This document shows, one piece after another, positions 44,726-54,671 of a stretch of 64,000 nt of DNA. The stretch is from contig JANPKV010000389.1 in the NCBI GenBank assembly GCA_031426185.1, forward strand, positions 29,393-93,392, in the 5' to 3' direction. Under the pieces are notes generated by a model that was given only the letters and a program-made list of their open reading frames with translations, ran no database searches and had not been told where the DNA came from. Position 1 is the first letter of the stretch. Every line of letters starts with the position of its first letter. The translations under genes were made by a program, and so were the position numbers. This stretch comes from Rhodobacterales bacterium. Lineage in GTDB: Bacteria; Pseudomonadota; Alphaproteobacteria; Rhodobacterales; Rhodobacteraceae.

Positions 44726-46273
44726 ATGCACATCGAAGATGATCGCCGCGACCCCGTAATTCTGATTGCAGCGGCGGGTCGTTCGGTGCGGATGCGCGGC
44801 TCGGACAAGTTGTTGCGCAAGATCGACGGGGTCCCCCAGCTGCGCCGCATCGCTCTGGCTGCATTCGCGACGGGTTGTCCGGTTGCCGTCACCTTGCCCC
44901 CGGACTGTCCATCGCGCCATGCGGCGCTGGAGGGGTTGGAGATCTGTCTGCTGACTGTGACAGAATGCAGCGAAGGGATCTCGGCTTCGTTGCGGACCGG
45001 TGCCGCATTCGCCGAAGATAGGCCGATGATGCTTGTTCTCGCGGACATGCCGGACCTTTCCGCCCAGGACTTGGCGCGTATGGTTGAACTGCATCGCCTC
45101 CGGCCCCATGACCTCTTGCGCGCGTCGGGAGCTGGGGGGGAGGGGCACCCTGTCCTCTTTCCTGCCGACCTGGTTGCTGAACTGCACGATCTGTCTGGTG
45201 ACATCGGCGCACGCAGCATCGTGACCAAACATGCCGACAAACTGCGCTCGGTGCCGATGCCAGGGCGAAACGCTGTCCTGGACCTCGATACGCCCGAAGC
45301 CTGGGCGAGCTGGGAGGCCGATCAGGCGCGATCGTCTGGCCAGTTTTCCGCTGGTGCGGAACTGGTGGCAGATCCCCTCAAATTCTTGCTCGCGACTTCG
45401 GGTCCGGCAGTCATCGCGGTGATCACCGGGGTTGAGGGAACCTCGTATCGCAGCGTCGGTACGCTGATGGTTCTGTTGGCAGACCGGACCGTCTGCGGCA
45501 GCCTTACGAATGGCTGCATCGAGGCGGACCTTGCCATGCATGCCGCAGAAGTCTTCGCGACGGGTCGTCCAAAGCATTTGCGTTATGGCGATGGGTCGCC
45601 CTATTTTGACATCCGTCTTCCCTGTGGGGGCGGCATCGACATTGGCCTTTTCCCCGTCAGTGATCGCCGGGTTCTGGAAGATGCCAGCTATGTGCTGGCC
45701 GGCCGGAACGCCATCTCTGTCAGTTTTGGCCCAGAAGGCGACATGCGGTTGGAACCGTTTCGCAATCCGGGTTGGAACGGCGCGCGCTTTTCAGTTGCTT
45801 TCCGTCCGGCGACGCGAGCCATCGTTTTCGGTGATGGCCTCGAAGCGGAGACTTTGACCCGGCTGATGCATGCGGCCGGGATACAAACCAAGCTGATTTC
45901 GGCACCTCTCGACCCGGCAGGGTTAGAGTCCCCGCTGACCTGTCGCCGCCCTCCGGGCCCGGACGATATCTTGCAAGCGCAGTTGCTTGCCGATCCTTGG
46001 ACAGCGGTCGTGACCCTGTATCACGATCATGACAAAGAAATTGATATCCTTGGTGAAATCCTTAGGGGGCCTGCCTTTTACGTCGGCGCGCAGGGTAGCA
46101 AACGGGTCGCGCAGCGTCGAACAGAACAGCTGAGATTGGCAGGGCTGGACGAGACCCACCTTGCCAAGCTTCATGCGCCTGCCGGACTGATCCCCTCCAC
46201 GCGCGACCCGCAAAGCCTTGCGGTTTCAATCCTCGCAGACGTCATCGCAGCACGCCTGAATTTGGACCGATAA
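44726..46273 (+). CDS. Fused MobA-like/MocA nucleotidyltransferase and XdhC/CoxI-family molybdenum-cofactor maturation protein
   Basis: N-terminal LIAAAGRSVRMRGSDKLL (MobA-like NTP transferase). C-terminal AVITGVEGTSYRSVGTLMVL...GSLTNGCIEADL plus a Rossmann-like AIVFGDGLEAETL (XdhC). Confidence 0.8.
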   Translation: MHIEDDRRDPVILIAAAGRSVRMRGSDKLLRKIDGVPQLRRIALAAFATGCPVAVTLPPDCPSRHAALEGLEICLLTVTECSEGISASLRTGAAFAEDRPMMLVLADMPDLSAQDLARMVELHRLRPHDLLRASGAGGEGHPVLFPADLVAELHDLSGDIGARSIVTKHADKLRSVPMPGRNAVLDLDTPEAWASWEADQARSSGQFSAGAELVADPLKFLLATSGPAVIAVITGVEGTSYRSVGTLMVLLADRTVCGSLTNGCIEADLAMHAAEVFATGRPKHLRYGDGSPYFDIRLPCGGGIDIGLFPVSDRRVLEDASYVLAGRNAISVSFGPEGDMRLEPFRNPGWNGARFSVAFRPATRAIVFGDGLEAETLTRLMHAAGIQTKLISAPLDPAGLESPLTCRRPPGPDDILQAQLLADPWTAVVTLYHDHDKEIDILGEILRGPAFYVGAQGSKRVAQRRTEQLRLAGLDETHLAKLHAPAGLIPSTRDPQSLAVSILADVIAARLNLDR

Positions 46274-46343
46274 AGGAAATAGACGTCGGCCCCCTGCAGG
46301 CGAGCCTTGTGTTTGCTCGCTTGTCCGACAAGCCCAGGATCCA

Positions 46344-48023
46344 CTAGGGGTTTGGCCAAAGGCGTGCGGCTTCCTCTGCGCTGTATCGGCCCAGGCGCAC
46401 ATCCTCGGCCACCAGCGCGGGGTCGCGGGCGGCGGGCGGGCCATAGCCGCCGCCGCCGGGGGTCCGCACCCGGACCCGATCGCCGGGTTTCAGCGCGATG
46501 TCCTGTGCCTTGGACAAATGCTCGGGGATAAGCGTGACACCATCACGGATCACCTCGACCCGGTTCACGGCACCATCTTGTCCCCCCAGCGCGCCCTGGG
46601 GGCCAACCCGGCCATGATCCATCACGAAACTTGCCCGTGCCTCGCCGCGTAAAAGCTCGATTTCGTAGTCCAGCCCGAACCCGCCGCGATGCTCGCCCGC
46701 CCCGCCAGAGCCTTCGTGCAGCGCGTAGCGGCGGTAGAGGACCGGATAGGTCTGCTCCATGATCTCAACGGGCGGAGCCTTGGAGATGCCGATGGTCGAG
46801 CACCCGTTGGCGATCCCGTCGCCCCCCGCAAAGCCGCCATAGCCACCGCCCGAGATCTGGTACATCACATAGTCGCGGCCCTTGTCCGGGTCGTGCCCGC
46901 CAAGGCCGAAATTGCCCGAGGTACCCGCCGGGGCGGCTGTCACCCGGTCGGGAAGCGCCTGCACCAAAGCAGCAAACACTGCCTCCGCAATGCGCTGGCT
47001 GACCTCGGCTGCGCACCCGCTGACCGGGCGGGGATATTGGGCATCGAGGAACGTACCCTCGATCCCGGTCACGGCCAGCGGCTCGAAAGCGCCCGCCGAG
47101 ATGGGCACATCCGGGAAGATATGCCGCATCGCGAGATAGACCGCCGACAGCGTCGTCGCGCGGACCGAGTTCATCGGGCCCAGGCAAGGCCGCGACGATC
47201 CGGTAAAATCAAACGTCAGGCCTTCTGCGCCCTTGGTCACGGTCAGCGCGATCGTCAGCGGTTCGTTCACGACGCCGTCGCTGTCCACGATGGCCCGTGA
47301 AAGGTAGGTGCCATCCGGGATCTGGCCGATCATCGCCCGCATCTGCAGCGCGGCCAGCCTTCGCATCTCGGCAATCGCCTCGGTCACCGTCGCATCGCCA
47401 TAACGGTCGAGAACCATGCCCAGCCGCTCTGCCCCGACCAGAAGCGCCGAGGCCTGGGCCTTCACATCACCGATCCGTTGTTCCGACACGCGGATGTTGG
47501 AGCAGATGATCTGGTAGATCTCCTGATCCAGCACGCCCGCCTTGAACAGCTTGACCGGCGGGATGCGCAGCCCCTCTTGCTCGGCGCTGATGGCACTTGC
47601 GGAAAAGCCGCCGGGCACCGCGCCCCCGGTATCTGGCCAATGTCCCGTGTTCGAAAGCCAGCAAAAGATCCGGCCATCGCGCCAGACCGGCATCGCAAAG
47701 CGCACATCCATCAGATGGGTGCCGCCAAGGTAGGGATCGTTGACGATGTAGATGTCGCCGGGTTGGGGCGGGGCGGTCAGACCCGCGGCGATCCGCTCCA
47801 GGATCGTGCGTGTCGAAAACTGCATGACGCCTACAAAGACCGGCAACCCCTTGGACCCTTGGGCGATCAGGCTGCCATCTGTCGCGGAGTAGATCCCGTC
47901 AGAACGGTCGTCCGCTTCGGCAATGACCGGCGAAAAGGCGGCGCGCGAGAAGGTCAGATCCATTTCATCACAGATCTGCTGCAGGCCTGCCTGGATGACC
48001 GCAAGGGTGACGGGGTCGATCAT
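46344..48023 (-). CDS. Hydantoinase B/oxoprolinase-family subunit (HyuB-like)
   Basis: 559 aa. MIDPVTLAVIQAGLQQICDEMDLTFSRAAFSPVIAEADDRSDG is the canonical Hydantoinase_B start. Confidence 0.92.
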   Translation of the reverse strand: MIDPVTLAVIQAGLQQICDEMDLTFSRAAFSPVIAEADDRSDGIYSATDGSLIAQGSKGLPVFVGVMQFSTRTILERIAAGLTAPPQPGDIYIVNDPYLGGTHLMDVRFAMPVWRDGRIFCWLSNTGHWPDTGGAVPGGFSASAISAEQEGLRIPPVKLFKAGVLDQEIYQIICSNIRVSEQRIGDVKAQASALLVGAERLGMVLDRYGDATVTEAIAEMRRLAALQMRAMIGQIPDGTYLSRAIVDSDGVVNEPLTIALTVTKGAEGLTFDFTGSSRPCLGPMNSVRATTLSAVYLAMRHIFPDVPISAGAFEPLAVTGIEGTFLDAQYPRPVSGCAAEVSQRIAEAVFAALVQALPDRVTAAPAGTSGNFGLGGHDPDKGRDYVMYQISGGGYGGFAGGDGIANGCSTIGISKAPPVEIMEQTYPVLYRRYALHEGSGGAGEHRGGFGLDYEIELLRGEARASFVMDHGRVGPQGALGGQDGAVNRVEVIRDGVTLIPEHLSKAQDIALKPGDRVRVRTPGGGGYGPPAARDPALVAEDVRLGRYSAEEAARLWPNP

Positions 48024-50038
48024 GCCGCGACCTCGATGATCAGATTGCCATCCCCGTCCGAGGTGACCCGCGCCCCGGGGTCCACCACGATGGTCGTATC
48101 CATTTGTTCAATGATGACAGGTCCTTTCAGATCGATCTTAAAGGGAAGGTGATCGCGCCAGTAAACCGGTGTCGTGTGCCAGCCGTCGAACCAGACCTTG
48201 CGGTGCGACGCGGGTTCGGCCCTGTCCCGCCGGCCCCTGGGGTCGATCAGCCGCGACAGATCCAAGGTTGGTCGCTCACCAATGACAGAGACATTGAGGT
48301 TCACCAGATTGGCGCGGATCGTCGGAAGATCGACACGGAACCTTGCGTGGTAGGCGGCCTCGAAAAGCCGCTGAAGCGCGTCACGGTCGGGCGTTGCCGA
48401 CGGCAGATGGACCCGCAGGAGATGCGTCTGCCCGACAAATTGCATGTCAGCGGAGTACTCTGCCCGAACCGAGGTCAGCGCAATCTTTTCAAGACCGATC
48501 AGCCGGCGACCTTCGGCTTCCTGCTCGCTCAGAACGCCATGGACATGAGCGATGTCGACCGCATCAAGAGGTCGGTTCAACGTACGCACGAAATCGTGCC
48601 GCAGGTCTGCCAACACGCAACCGAGTGCATTGGTGATGCCGGGACGGGCAGGGATCAAGACGGTAGGAACGTTCAGTTCTCTTGCCAAAGCGACGGCATG
48701 CAAGGGACCTGCGCCGCCAAAGGCGAACAGCGCAAAATCGCGCGGATCGGCGCCCATCGAGATCGAGACCATCCGGATCGCGCCGGACATATGGGTGTTG
48801 GCCAGACGGATGACGGCCTCGGCCGCGGCCTCGACTGACAGGCCCAGGGGGGCCGCGATCTGCGCTTGCATGGCTACAAAGGCCGGCTCCGCTGCCTGGC
48901 CGAAACGGCTCGCAGGCAAACGGCCAAGGATCAGGTTCGCGTCCGAAATCGTGACCCTGGTACCGCCCCGGCCATAGCAGACCGGCCCCGGGGTGGAGCC
49001 CGCGCTTTCCGGACCGACCCGCAGCATGCCGCCCGCGTCGATCCGAGCGATGGAGCCTCCGCCTGCGCCCACGGTGCGCACATCGACCATCGGCACATGG
49101 ATCGGCATGGCATATTCAACCTCGATCTCGTTCGAAACCGGCGCAACCCCGTTCCGGATCATCGCGACATCGGTCGAGGTGCCGCCCATGTCGTACGTCA
49201 AGAGATTGGACAACCCGGCCCGCCGCCCGGTCGCCACGGCGGCCATCACGCCCGAGGCAGGGCCGGACATGACCGTCTTCACCGCCTCTTTCGCGACATC
49301 CTTGGCAGCGACCATCCCGCCATTGCCATTCATCACCAACAAGTCGCGGGCATAGCCCTTGGCGGCCAGTTGATCGGCCAATCGGGCCACATAGCGCTCC
49401 AGCAAGGGTTGGACCGAGGCATTGACGGCAGCGGTCACCCCGCGTTCATACTCGCGGGATTCCGACAGAAGTTTATGCCCCAAGGTGATGTAATCATTGG
49501 GCCAAATGCGCTGGGCGATCTCGCCCGCGCGCAATTCATGCGCGGGGTTTGCATAAGCATGAAGAAAGTGGATCACCAAGGCCTCGCAGCCCGCATCGCA
49601 CAGCCGCATGATCGCCAGTCGAAGGCCATCCTCGTCCAGTGGGGTCAAAACCTGGCCTCGCGCGTCCATCCGCTCGGGCACTTCCAGCCGCAGGTCCCGG
49701 GGGATGATTGGGACAAAATGCCCTTTCATGCCATAGGCTTGCGGGCGGGTGCGGCGACCAAGCTCCAACACGTCGCGAAAGCCCATCGTCGTGATCAGCC
49801 CGGTCTTTGCAAGTCGCCGCTCCAGCACCGCATTGGTCGTGGTCGTCGTGCCATGAACGATCAGGTCAATTTCGGAAAGGTTTGCCTCAGCCTCGGCAAA
49901 GGCATTCAGCACGCCGCCTGACTGGTTCGGCAGCGTGGTCGGCACCTTGGCCAGCCGCACCGCACCGGTCGTGGTATCAAAGATCACCAGATCGGTGAAG
50001 GTTCCGCCTACGTCAACGCCTGCGACAAGCCCGGTCAT
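48020..50038 (-). CDS. Hydantoinase A/oxoprolinase-family subunit (HyuA-like, ATP-binding)
   Basis: 672 aa. VAGVDVGGTFTDLVIFD. 4-nt overlap with hyuB. Confidence 0.92.
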   Translation of the reverse strand: MTGLVAGVDVGGTFTDLVIFDTTTGAVRLAKVPTTLPNQSGGVLNAFAEAEANLSEIDLIVHGTTTTTNAVLERRLAKTGLITTMGFRDVLELGRRTRPQAYGMKGHFVPIIPRDLRLEVPERMDARGQVLTPLDEDGLRLAIMRLCDAGCEALVIHFLHAYANPAHELRAGEIAQRIWPNDYITLGHKLLSESREYERGVTAAVNASVQPLLERYVARLADQLAAKGYARDLLVMNGNGGMVAAKDVAKEAVKTVMSGPASGVMAAVATGRRAGLSNLLTYDMGGTSTDVAMIRNGVAPVSNEIEVEYAMPIHVPMVDVRTVGAGGGSIARIDAGGMLRVGPESAGSTPGPVCYGRGGTRVTISDANLILGRLPASRFGQAAEPAFVAMQAQIAAPLGLSVEAAAEAVIRLANTHMSGAIRMVSISMGADPRDFALFAFGGAGPLHAVALARELNVPTVLIPARPGITNALGCVLADLRHDFVRTLNRPLDAVDIAHVHGVLSEQEAEGRRLIGLEKIALTSVRAEYSADMQFVGQTHLLRVHLPSATPDRDALQRLFEAAYHARFRVDLPTIRANLVNLNVSVIGERPTLDLSRLIDPRGRRDRAEPASHRKVWFDGWHTTPVYWRDHLPFKIDLKGPVIIEQMDTTIVVDPGARVTSDGDGNLIIEVAA

Positions 50039-50737
50039 TCAGACACCCACATAGGTTCGAAATACATCAGCACCTGGCTTCAACTCCTTGGCAGAAAGGA
50101 TTTTCTCGATCCGCCCGCCCGTCATGAAGGCCACGGTATCCGCCAGCTTCAGCACCGCATCGACCCGCTGTTCGACAAGCACCACCGCGACGCCCTGCGC
50201 CTTCAGTGTCAGGACCGCGTCCTGGATGAGCGTGATCATCGAGGGCTGCAGCCCCTCGGTTGGCTCGTCAAGGAGCAGAACCTTCGGCGCAAGACACAGC
50301 GCGCGGGCAATCGCCAGCATCTGCTGCTCGCCCCCCGACAGGGTCTGGGCCGTCTGGGTCAGCCGTTCGCGCAGGCGGGGGAAAAGGGTCAGCACGTGGT
50401 CAAGAGTGGTCGGGTCATTGCCCTGAACAAGGCCGCCGACCGCAAGGTTTTCGGCCACGGTCAGCGGGCCGAACAGGCGGCGTCCCTGGGGGACGTAGGC
50501 CAGGCCGCGCTTTGCGATCTCATGCGCGGGCAGGCCTTGAAGCGCGACGCCGCTGAGGTGGACCGAACCGTCGCTTGCGGGGACAAGGCCCATGAGACAT
50601 TTGAGGAAGGTCGATTTTCCGACGCCGTTCCGGCCCATCAGACAGGTGATCTGGCCCGCCTCGGCCCGGAAATCGACCCCGCGCAGGACGGTCACCAGGC
50701 CATAGCCCGCCGTCAGGTCTTTGACCTCAAGCGCCAA
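50039..50737 (-). CDS. Branched-chain-type ABC transporter ATP-binding protein (LivF-like)
   Basis: Probable TTG start at 50737, overlapping the livG-like stop. LEVKDLTAGYG, GRNGVGKST, LSGGEQQMLAIARAL. Its stop abuts the hyuA start with no gap. Confidence 0.85.
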   Translation of the reverse strand: MALEVKDLTAGYGLVTVLRGVDFRAEAGQITCLMGRNGVGKSTFLKCLMGLVPASDGSVHLSGVALQGLPAHEIAKRGLAYVPQGRRLFGPLTVAENLAVGGLVQGNDPTTLDHVLTLFPRLRERLTQTAQTLSGGEQQMLAIARALCLAPKVLLLDEPTEGLQPSMITLIQDAVLTLKAQGVAVVLVEQRVDAVLKLADTVAFMTGGRIEKILSAKELKPGADVFRTYVGV

Positions 50738-51431
50738 GATAAGCCTCTTGGACCAAGGGGTTTGCGCGAATTTCTTCAGGCGTTCCGGTGGCGAGCACCT
50801 GGCCAAAGTTCAGCACCGTGATCCGGGTTGCAAGGTCCATCACCACCTCCATGTTGTGCTCGATGAGAAGGACCGTGGTTTCGGGAACAAGGCTTTCCAC
50901 CAACCGCTTGAAGCCCTCGATCTCGGACGCCGCAAGGCCTTGCGTGGGTTCATCCAGGATCAAGACCCGCGGGTTCAGCGCAAGGCCCATCGCAAGCTCC
51001 AAAAGTCGCTGGTGGCCGTAGGCAAGGGTCTGCGCTTCCTGCTCCTCCAGCCCCACAAGGCCCACGCGGGCCAGCGCGGCTTGCGTGCGACCGTGCAGGT
51101 CTTTTGCGCCCTGAGCCTGTACGGCAAGGGCCACGTTGTCAAAGACCGTCAGGCGCGGAAAGATCGAGGTGATCTGAAACGTGTAGGCGATGCCCTTCCT
51201 GACGCGGATATGGGCGGGAAGGTGGGTGATGTCCTCCGTCCCAAGGTGGATGGTTCCGGACTGGGCCATGCGGCGGCCAGAAAGCAGGCTTACAAACGTG
51301 GTCTTGCCCGCGCCGTTCGGTCCGATCAGCGCGTGGATCTCGCCTGCCATCAGGCTGAAATCGACGCCATCTACCGCCTTCAAGCCGCCAAAATGCAGCG
51401 TCAGGTCGTGCGTTTCGATCAGGGAAGCCAT
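50727..51431 (-). CDS. Branched-chain-type ABC transporter ATP-binding protein (LivG-like)
   Basis: ATG at 51431 gives MASLIETHDLTLHFGGLKAVDGV...GPNGAGKTT. The upstream part of the 468-aa track ORF is an artefact. Confidence 0.88.
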   Translation of the reverse strand: MASLIETHDLTLHFGGLKAVDGVDFSLMAGEIHALIGPNGAGKTTFVSLLSGRRMAQSGTIHLGTEDITHLPAHIRVRKGIAYTFQITSIFPRLTVFDNVALAVQAQGAKDLHGRTQAALARVGLVGLEEQEAQTLAYGHQRLLELAMGLALNPRVLILDEPTQGLAASEIEGFKRLVESLVPETTVLLIEHNMEVVMDLATRITVLNFGQVLATGTPEEIRANPLVQEAYLGA

Positions 51432-52351
51432 TTGAGCCACCTTTCCCGGATCGTACCCAGGATCCCCTTGGGGGCAAATAGGACGAGTACCACAAGGGCC
51501 AGCCCGACCAGGAACAGATAGGCCGTGGTAAGGCCGGAGGCGGCCTCGATCAGCGCGAACATCAATGCCGCGCCGAGAAGGGGGCCGATTGTCGTGCCCG
51601 CCCCACCCAACAGGACATAAAGCATCGGCAGGATCGAATACTGGATCGTCGTGAAGCTCGCGCCGACATAGCCAAAGAGGAGTGCATAAGCGGCCCCCGC
51701 GGCGCCTGCGTAAAGGCCCGAAATCGTCAGTGCGGCAAGCTTCACCGCAAAGGGATTGTAGCCCAGCATCCGTGACCGCTCTTCGTTCTCGCGCATCGCG
51801 ACCATGGTCCGGCCAAACGGTGAGCGGACGAGGGCGAGGCTGACCAGAAGGCCCAAGGCAAACAGCGCAAGCGCCGCGAAAAAGCGGGGCGTGTCGGTGG
51901 AAAGGTCGAACCCAGCAAATGTGCGACTGGCGGCAGCGAGGGTAAATCCCTCGTCCCCGCCGGTCGTGGGGGCAAAGTAAAGGATCGTCAGATACCCGGC
52001 TTGGGCGAACATGAGCGTCACGATCATGAAGCTGACCCCGGCGGTGCGCAGCGCCAAAAGCCCCACGGCGGCGGCCATCACACCGCCTGCAACGGTTCCG
52101 ACAATCAGCGCGGGTCCTGCGGAAAAGCCCCAAAGCTGCGCGGAAAGCCCCGCTGCATACATCCCCGCACCCAAAAGGAGCGCGTGGCCGAGCGACAGCA
52201 GCCCGGTATAGCCGAACGCGAGATTATAGCCCATGGCAAAGACCGCCAGAACCATGATCCGGGCAAGGTTGGTCGTGTGATAGGGCGACAGCAGGAACTG
52301 CGCGGCGAAAAGTACTGCAATCAAGACGAGGTGCAGGGCCCAGACTTTCAC
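51419..52351 (-). CDS. Branched-chain-type ABC transporter permease (LivM-like)
   Basis: 310 aa polytopic protein. 4-nt overlap with the livH-like gene. Confidence 0.88.
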   Translation of the reverse strand: MKVWALHLVLIAVLFAAQFLLSPYHTTNLARIMVLAVFAMGYNLAFGYTGLLSLGHALLLGAGMYAAGLSAQLWGFSAGPALIVGTVAGGVMAAAVGLLALRTAGVSFMIVTLMFAQAGYLTILYFAPTTGGDEGFTLAAASRTFAGFDLSTDTPRFFAALALFALGLLVSLALVRSPFGRTMVAMRENEERSRMLGYNPFAVKLAALTISGLYAGAAGAAYALLFGYVGASFTTIQYSILPMLYVLLGGAGTTIGPLLGAALMFALIEAASGLTTAYLFLVGLALVVLVLFAPKGILGTIRERWLKWLP

Positions 52352-53226
52352 GCTTTGGCTCCGAACAGGCCTTGCGGGCGAAAGACGAGGACCATGGCGA
52401 CCAGCAGCGTGGCGAGGATTTTGGCCAGCGTCGGCGCAAAGAACATCGAGATCACGCCGTCAGAAAGCCCGATCACGAGGGCGGCGATCAGGGTCCCGCG
52501 CAGGCTGCCCAAGCCACCGATGATCACCACGATGAAGGACAAAAGAAGCGTGTCGCCGCCCATCAGGTAATGCGCCTGCTGGATCGGCACGATCAGCACC
52601 CCCGCAAGGGCTGCAAGCCCGGCTCCCAAGGCGAAGGTGCCCATGTAGACCCGGTCAACATTGATCCCGAAGGCGCTTGCAGTGGTGCGGTCGACTTGCG
52701 TGGCGCGCATGATAAGGCCCGCCTTGGTGCGCGTGATGAAGGCCCAAAGGGCGAGAAGAACCACGCAGGCGGCGAAGACCACAAAAAGCTTGTAGCCGGA
52801 ATAGCCAAACCACGGCAGCTGGATGCGCCACTCGAACGGGGCCTGCACCGGGTTGGCGTTCGGGCCGTAAAGGCTAAGCGTCGCCTGCTCGATCATGTAG
52901 AGCAGCCCGATGGTGGCGACGATTGTCGCCTCGGGGTCATAGTTCAGCCGCTTCAGAATGAGCCCGTCCGTCGCGGCCGCCAAGGCGCCGACGACAAGAG
53001 GTGCCACGATCAGGGCCGCCATAAAGGCAAGCGCGGCGTGACCAGGAACATGGGCTGCGACAACCCAGGCCAGGACCGCGCCCAGCATGTAGAATGCTCC
53101 GTGCGCGACGTTGACGACGCGCATGACGCCGAACACGAGCGAGAGCCCGCTTGCGGCCAATGCAAGGACCGCAGCAGTCACAAGGCCCTCCATCAGGGCG
53201 AGGAGCAGGAAAGGTCCGAAAGCCAT
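52348..53226 (-). CDS. Branched-chain-type ABC transporter permease (LivH-like)
   Basis: 292 aa polytopic protein. GVMRVVNVAHGAFYMLGA is typical. Confidence 0.88.
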   Translation of the reverse strand: MAFGPFLLLALMEGLVTAAVLALAASGLSLVFGVMRVVNVAHGAFYMLGAVLAWVVAAHVPGHAALAFMAALIVAPLVVGALAAATDGLILKRLNYDPEATIVATIGLLYMIEQATLSLYGPNANPVQAPFEWRIQLPWFGYSGYKLFVVFAACVVLLALWAFITRTKAGLIMRATQVDRTTASAFGINVDRVYMGTFALGAGLAALAGVLIVPIQQAHYLMGGDTLLLSFIVVIIGGLGSLRGTLIAALVIGLSDGVISMFFAPTLAKILATLLVAMVLVFRPQGLFGAKA

Positions 53227-53313
53227 TTGGGTCCAACTAGTGGGAGGGTAGGCAGACTGCCCGCCCTGTGTGGCGCGGAATGGAGGGCGGGCAATCTGCC
53301 CGCCCTTTCGGCC

Positions 53314-54591
53314 TCAGAACGCCATCGTCGTATAGTCGACGGCATCCTCATAGGCGCCATCGGCCATGCTGGTTTGGTGGACCCGCACCAGCTTGCCGCC
53401 CTGCACTTGGGAAATGCTCTGGGTGCCGAAAACCTGGTGGGTTTTGCCGTTGAACATCTTTGCGCCCTGCGGGCGTTCGATCCCGTAGGGCAGATCGGTC
53501 ATCGCCTCCATCGCCTCGACAAACTTCTGCCGATCAGCGGGGCCGGTGTAACCCGAGGCCTCCATGCCGGCCTTGATCGCGAAAAGCGTCTCCCAGGTGG
53601 AGAACATGTGGGAATAGGTCGAAACATCTGCCGCATCGCTGACCGACGCGCCGTTGTCGTCGACGCCGACCGCGGCCCGGTAAGTTGCCTCATGTTCGCC
53701 CGCATCCGCCGGTTTCACCCGGTTGTGGCCTTCCCAGAAGTAGCTGCCTTCCAGGAATTCGAGGCCCGGGGTCGCGGTATCCACCGCCTCCAGGCTGTCG
53801 ATGAAGCCGAAGAACTGCGGCTTGGCACCGGAGCCGTAGAATTCGCCCAATTCCTTGACGAAGGTCAGAACGGCGGGGCCGACCATGACGTGGTACAGGA
53901 CTTCGGTTTCCGCCGGGATCTGGGGCAAGTAGCGGGTAAAGCTGGTTTCCGTCGGCGGGATCGCGATCTGGGCGATGACCTCGCCGCCCATTTCGGCCAT
54001 CTTGGCGGTGAAGAAGTCGCGGTGGTCGTGGCCGAAGGCGAAGTCGGGGTAGACCATCGTGACCTTCTTCCCGAGATTCGCGCTGATCCAGGGAGCCATG
54101 GCCTGGATCTGGCTGCGCACATCAGTGATCCCAGGCTGTAGCGTCCAGCGGTTCAGCATGCCCGAGGCGACGTGGTAGCCTTCCGAGCAGACGAGGTAGG
54201 GCACCTTCAGCTCGCCCGCCCTTGGCGCAGAGCCGATGACCACATGTGAAAAGAGCGTCCCCATGACAACGTCGCAGCCATCCGATTGGGTCAGCTTGTC
54301 CACCACTTCCGAGCCGCGCTTGGGGTCGGTTGCGTCATCCTCAAAAAGGATCTCCACCGGGCGGCCGGCGATCCCGCCGCCATCGTTGATCAGCTTGAGC
54401 GCGGCCTGTGCCGTGCGCTCATACCAGCGGCCATAGCTGGCCCCGATGCCGGTCCGATGCAGCTGAAAGCCGATCTTGATCGGCGCTGCTTGCGCGCCGA
54501 CATGCCCAGGCAGTGCCGCCGCCAGCAGCCCCGCGCCGCTTGCCATCAGAAGGTGGCGGCGGGTGGGATGAAGAAGTGTGTTTCTTGTCAT
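53314..54591 (-). CDS. Periplasmic binding protein, type 1 (LivK/Peripla_BP_6-like)
   Basis: ATG at 54591 follows GGAGAG. MTRNTLLHPTRRHLLMASGAGLLAAALPGHVGAQA is a Tat-like signal, followed by IKIGFQ. Confidence 0.85.
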   Translation of the reverse strand: MTRNTLLHPTRRHLLMASGAGLLAAALPGHVGAQAAPIKIGFQLHRTGIGASYGRWYERTAQAALKLINDGGGIAGRPVEILFEDDATDPKRGSEVVDKLTQSDGCDVVMGTLFSHVVIGSAPRAGELKVPYLVCSEGYHVASGMLNRWTLQPGITDVRSQIQAMAPWISANLGKKVTMVYPDFAFGHDHRDFFTAKMAEMGGEVIAQIAIPPTETSFTRYLPQIPAETEVLYHVMVGPAVLTFVKELGEFYGSGAKPQFFGFIDSLEAVDTATPGLEFLEGSYFWEGHNRVKPADAGEHEATYRAAVGVDDNGASVSDAADVSTYSHMFSTWETLFAIKAGMEASGYTGPADRQKFVEAMEAMTDLPYGIERPQGAKMFNGKTHQVFGTQSISQVQGGKLVRVHQTSMADGAYEDAVDYTTMAF

Positions 54592-54671
54592 GTTCGTCTC
54601 TCCACTGTTGCGGCCTCGTATCGGGCCCTTGATAGTCATGAGGCGTGCTGGCCTCGGAAAAGGTCTGTCGA

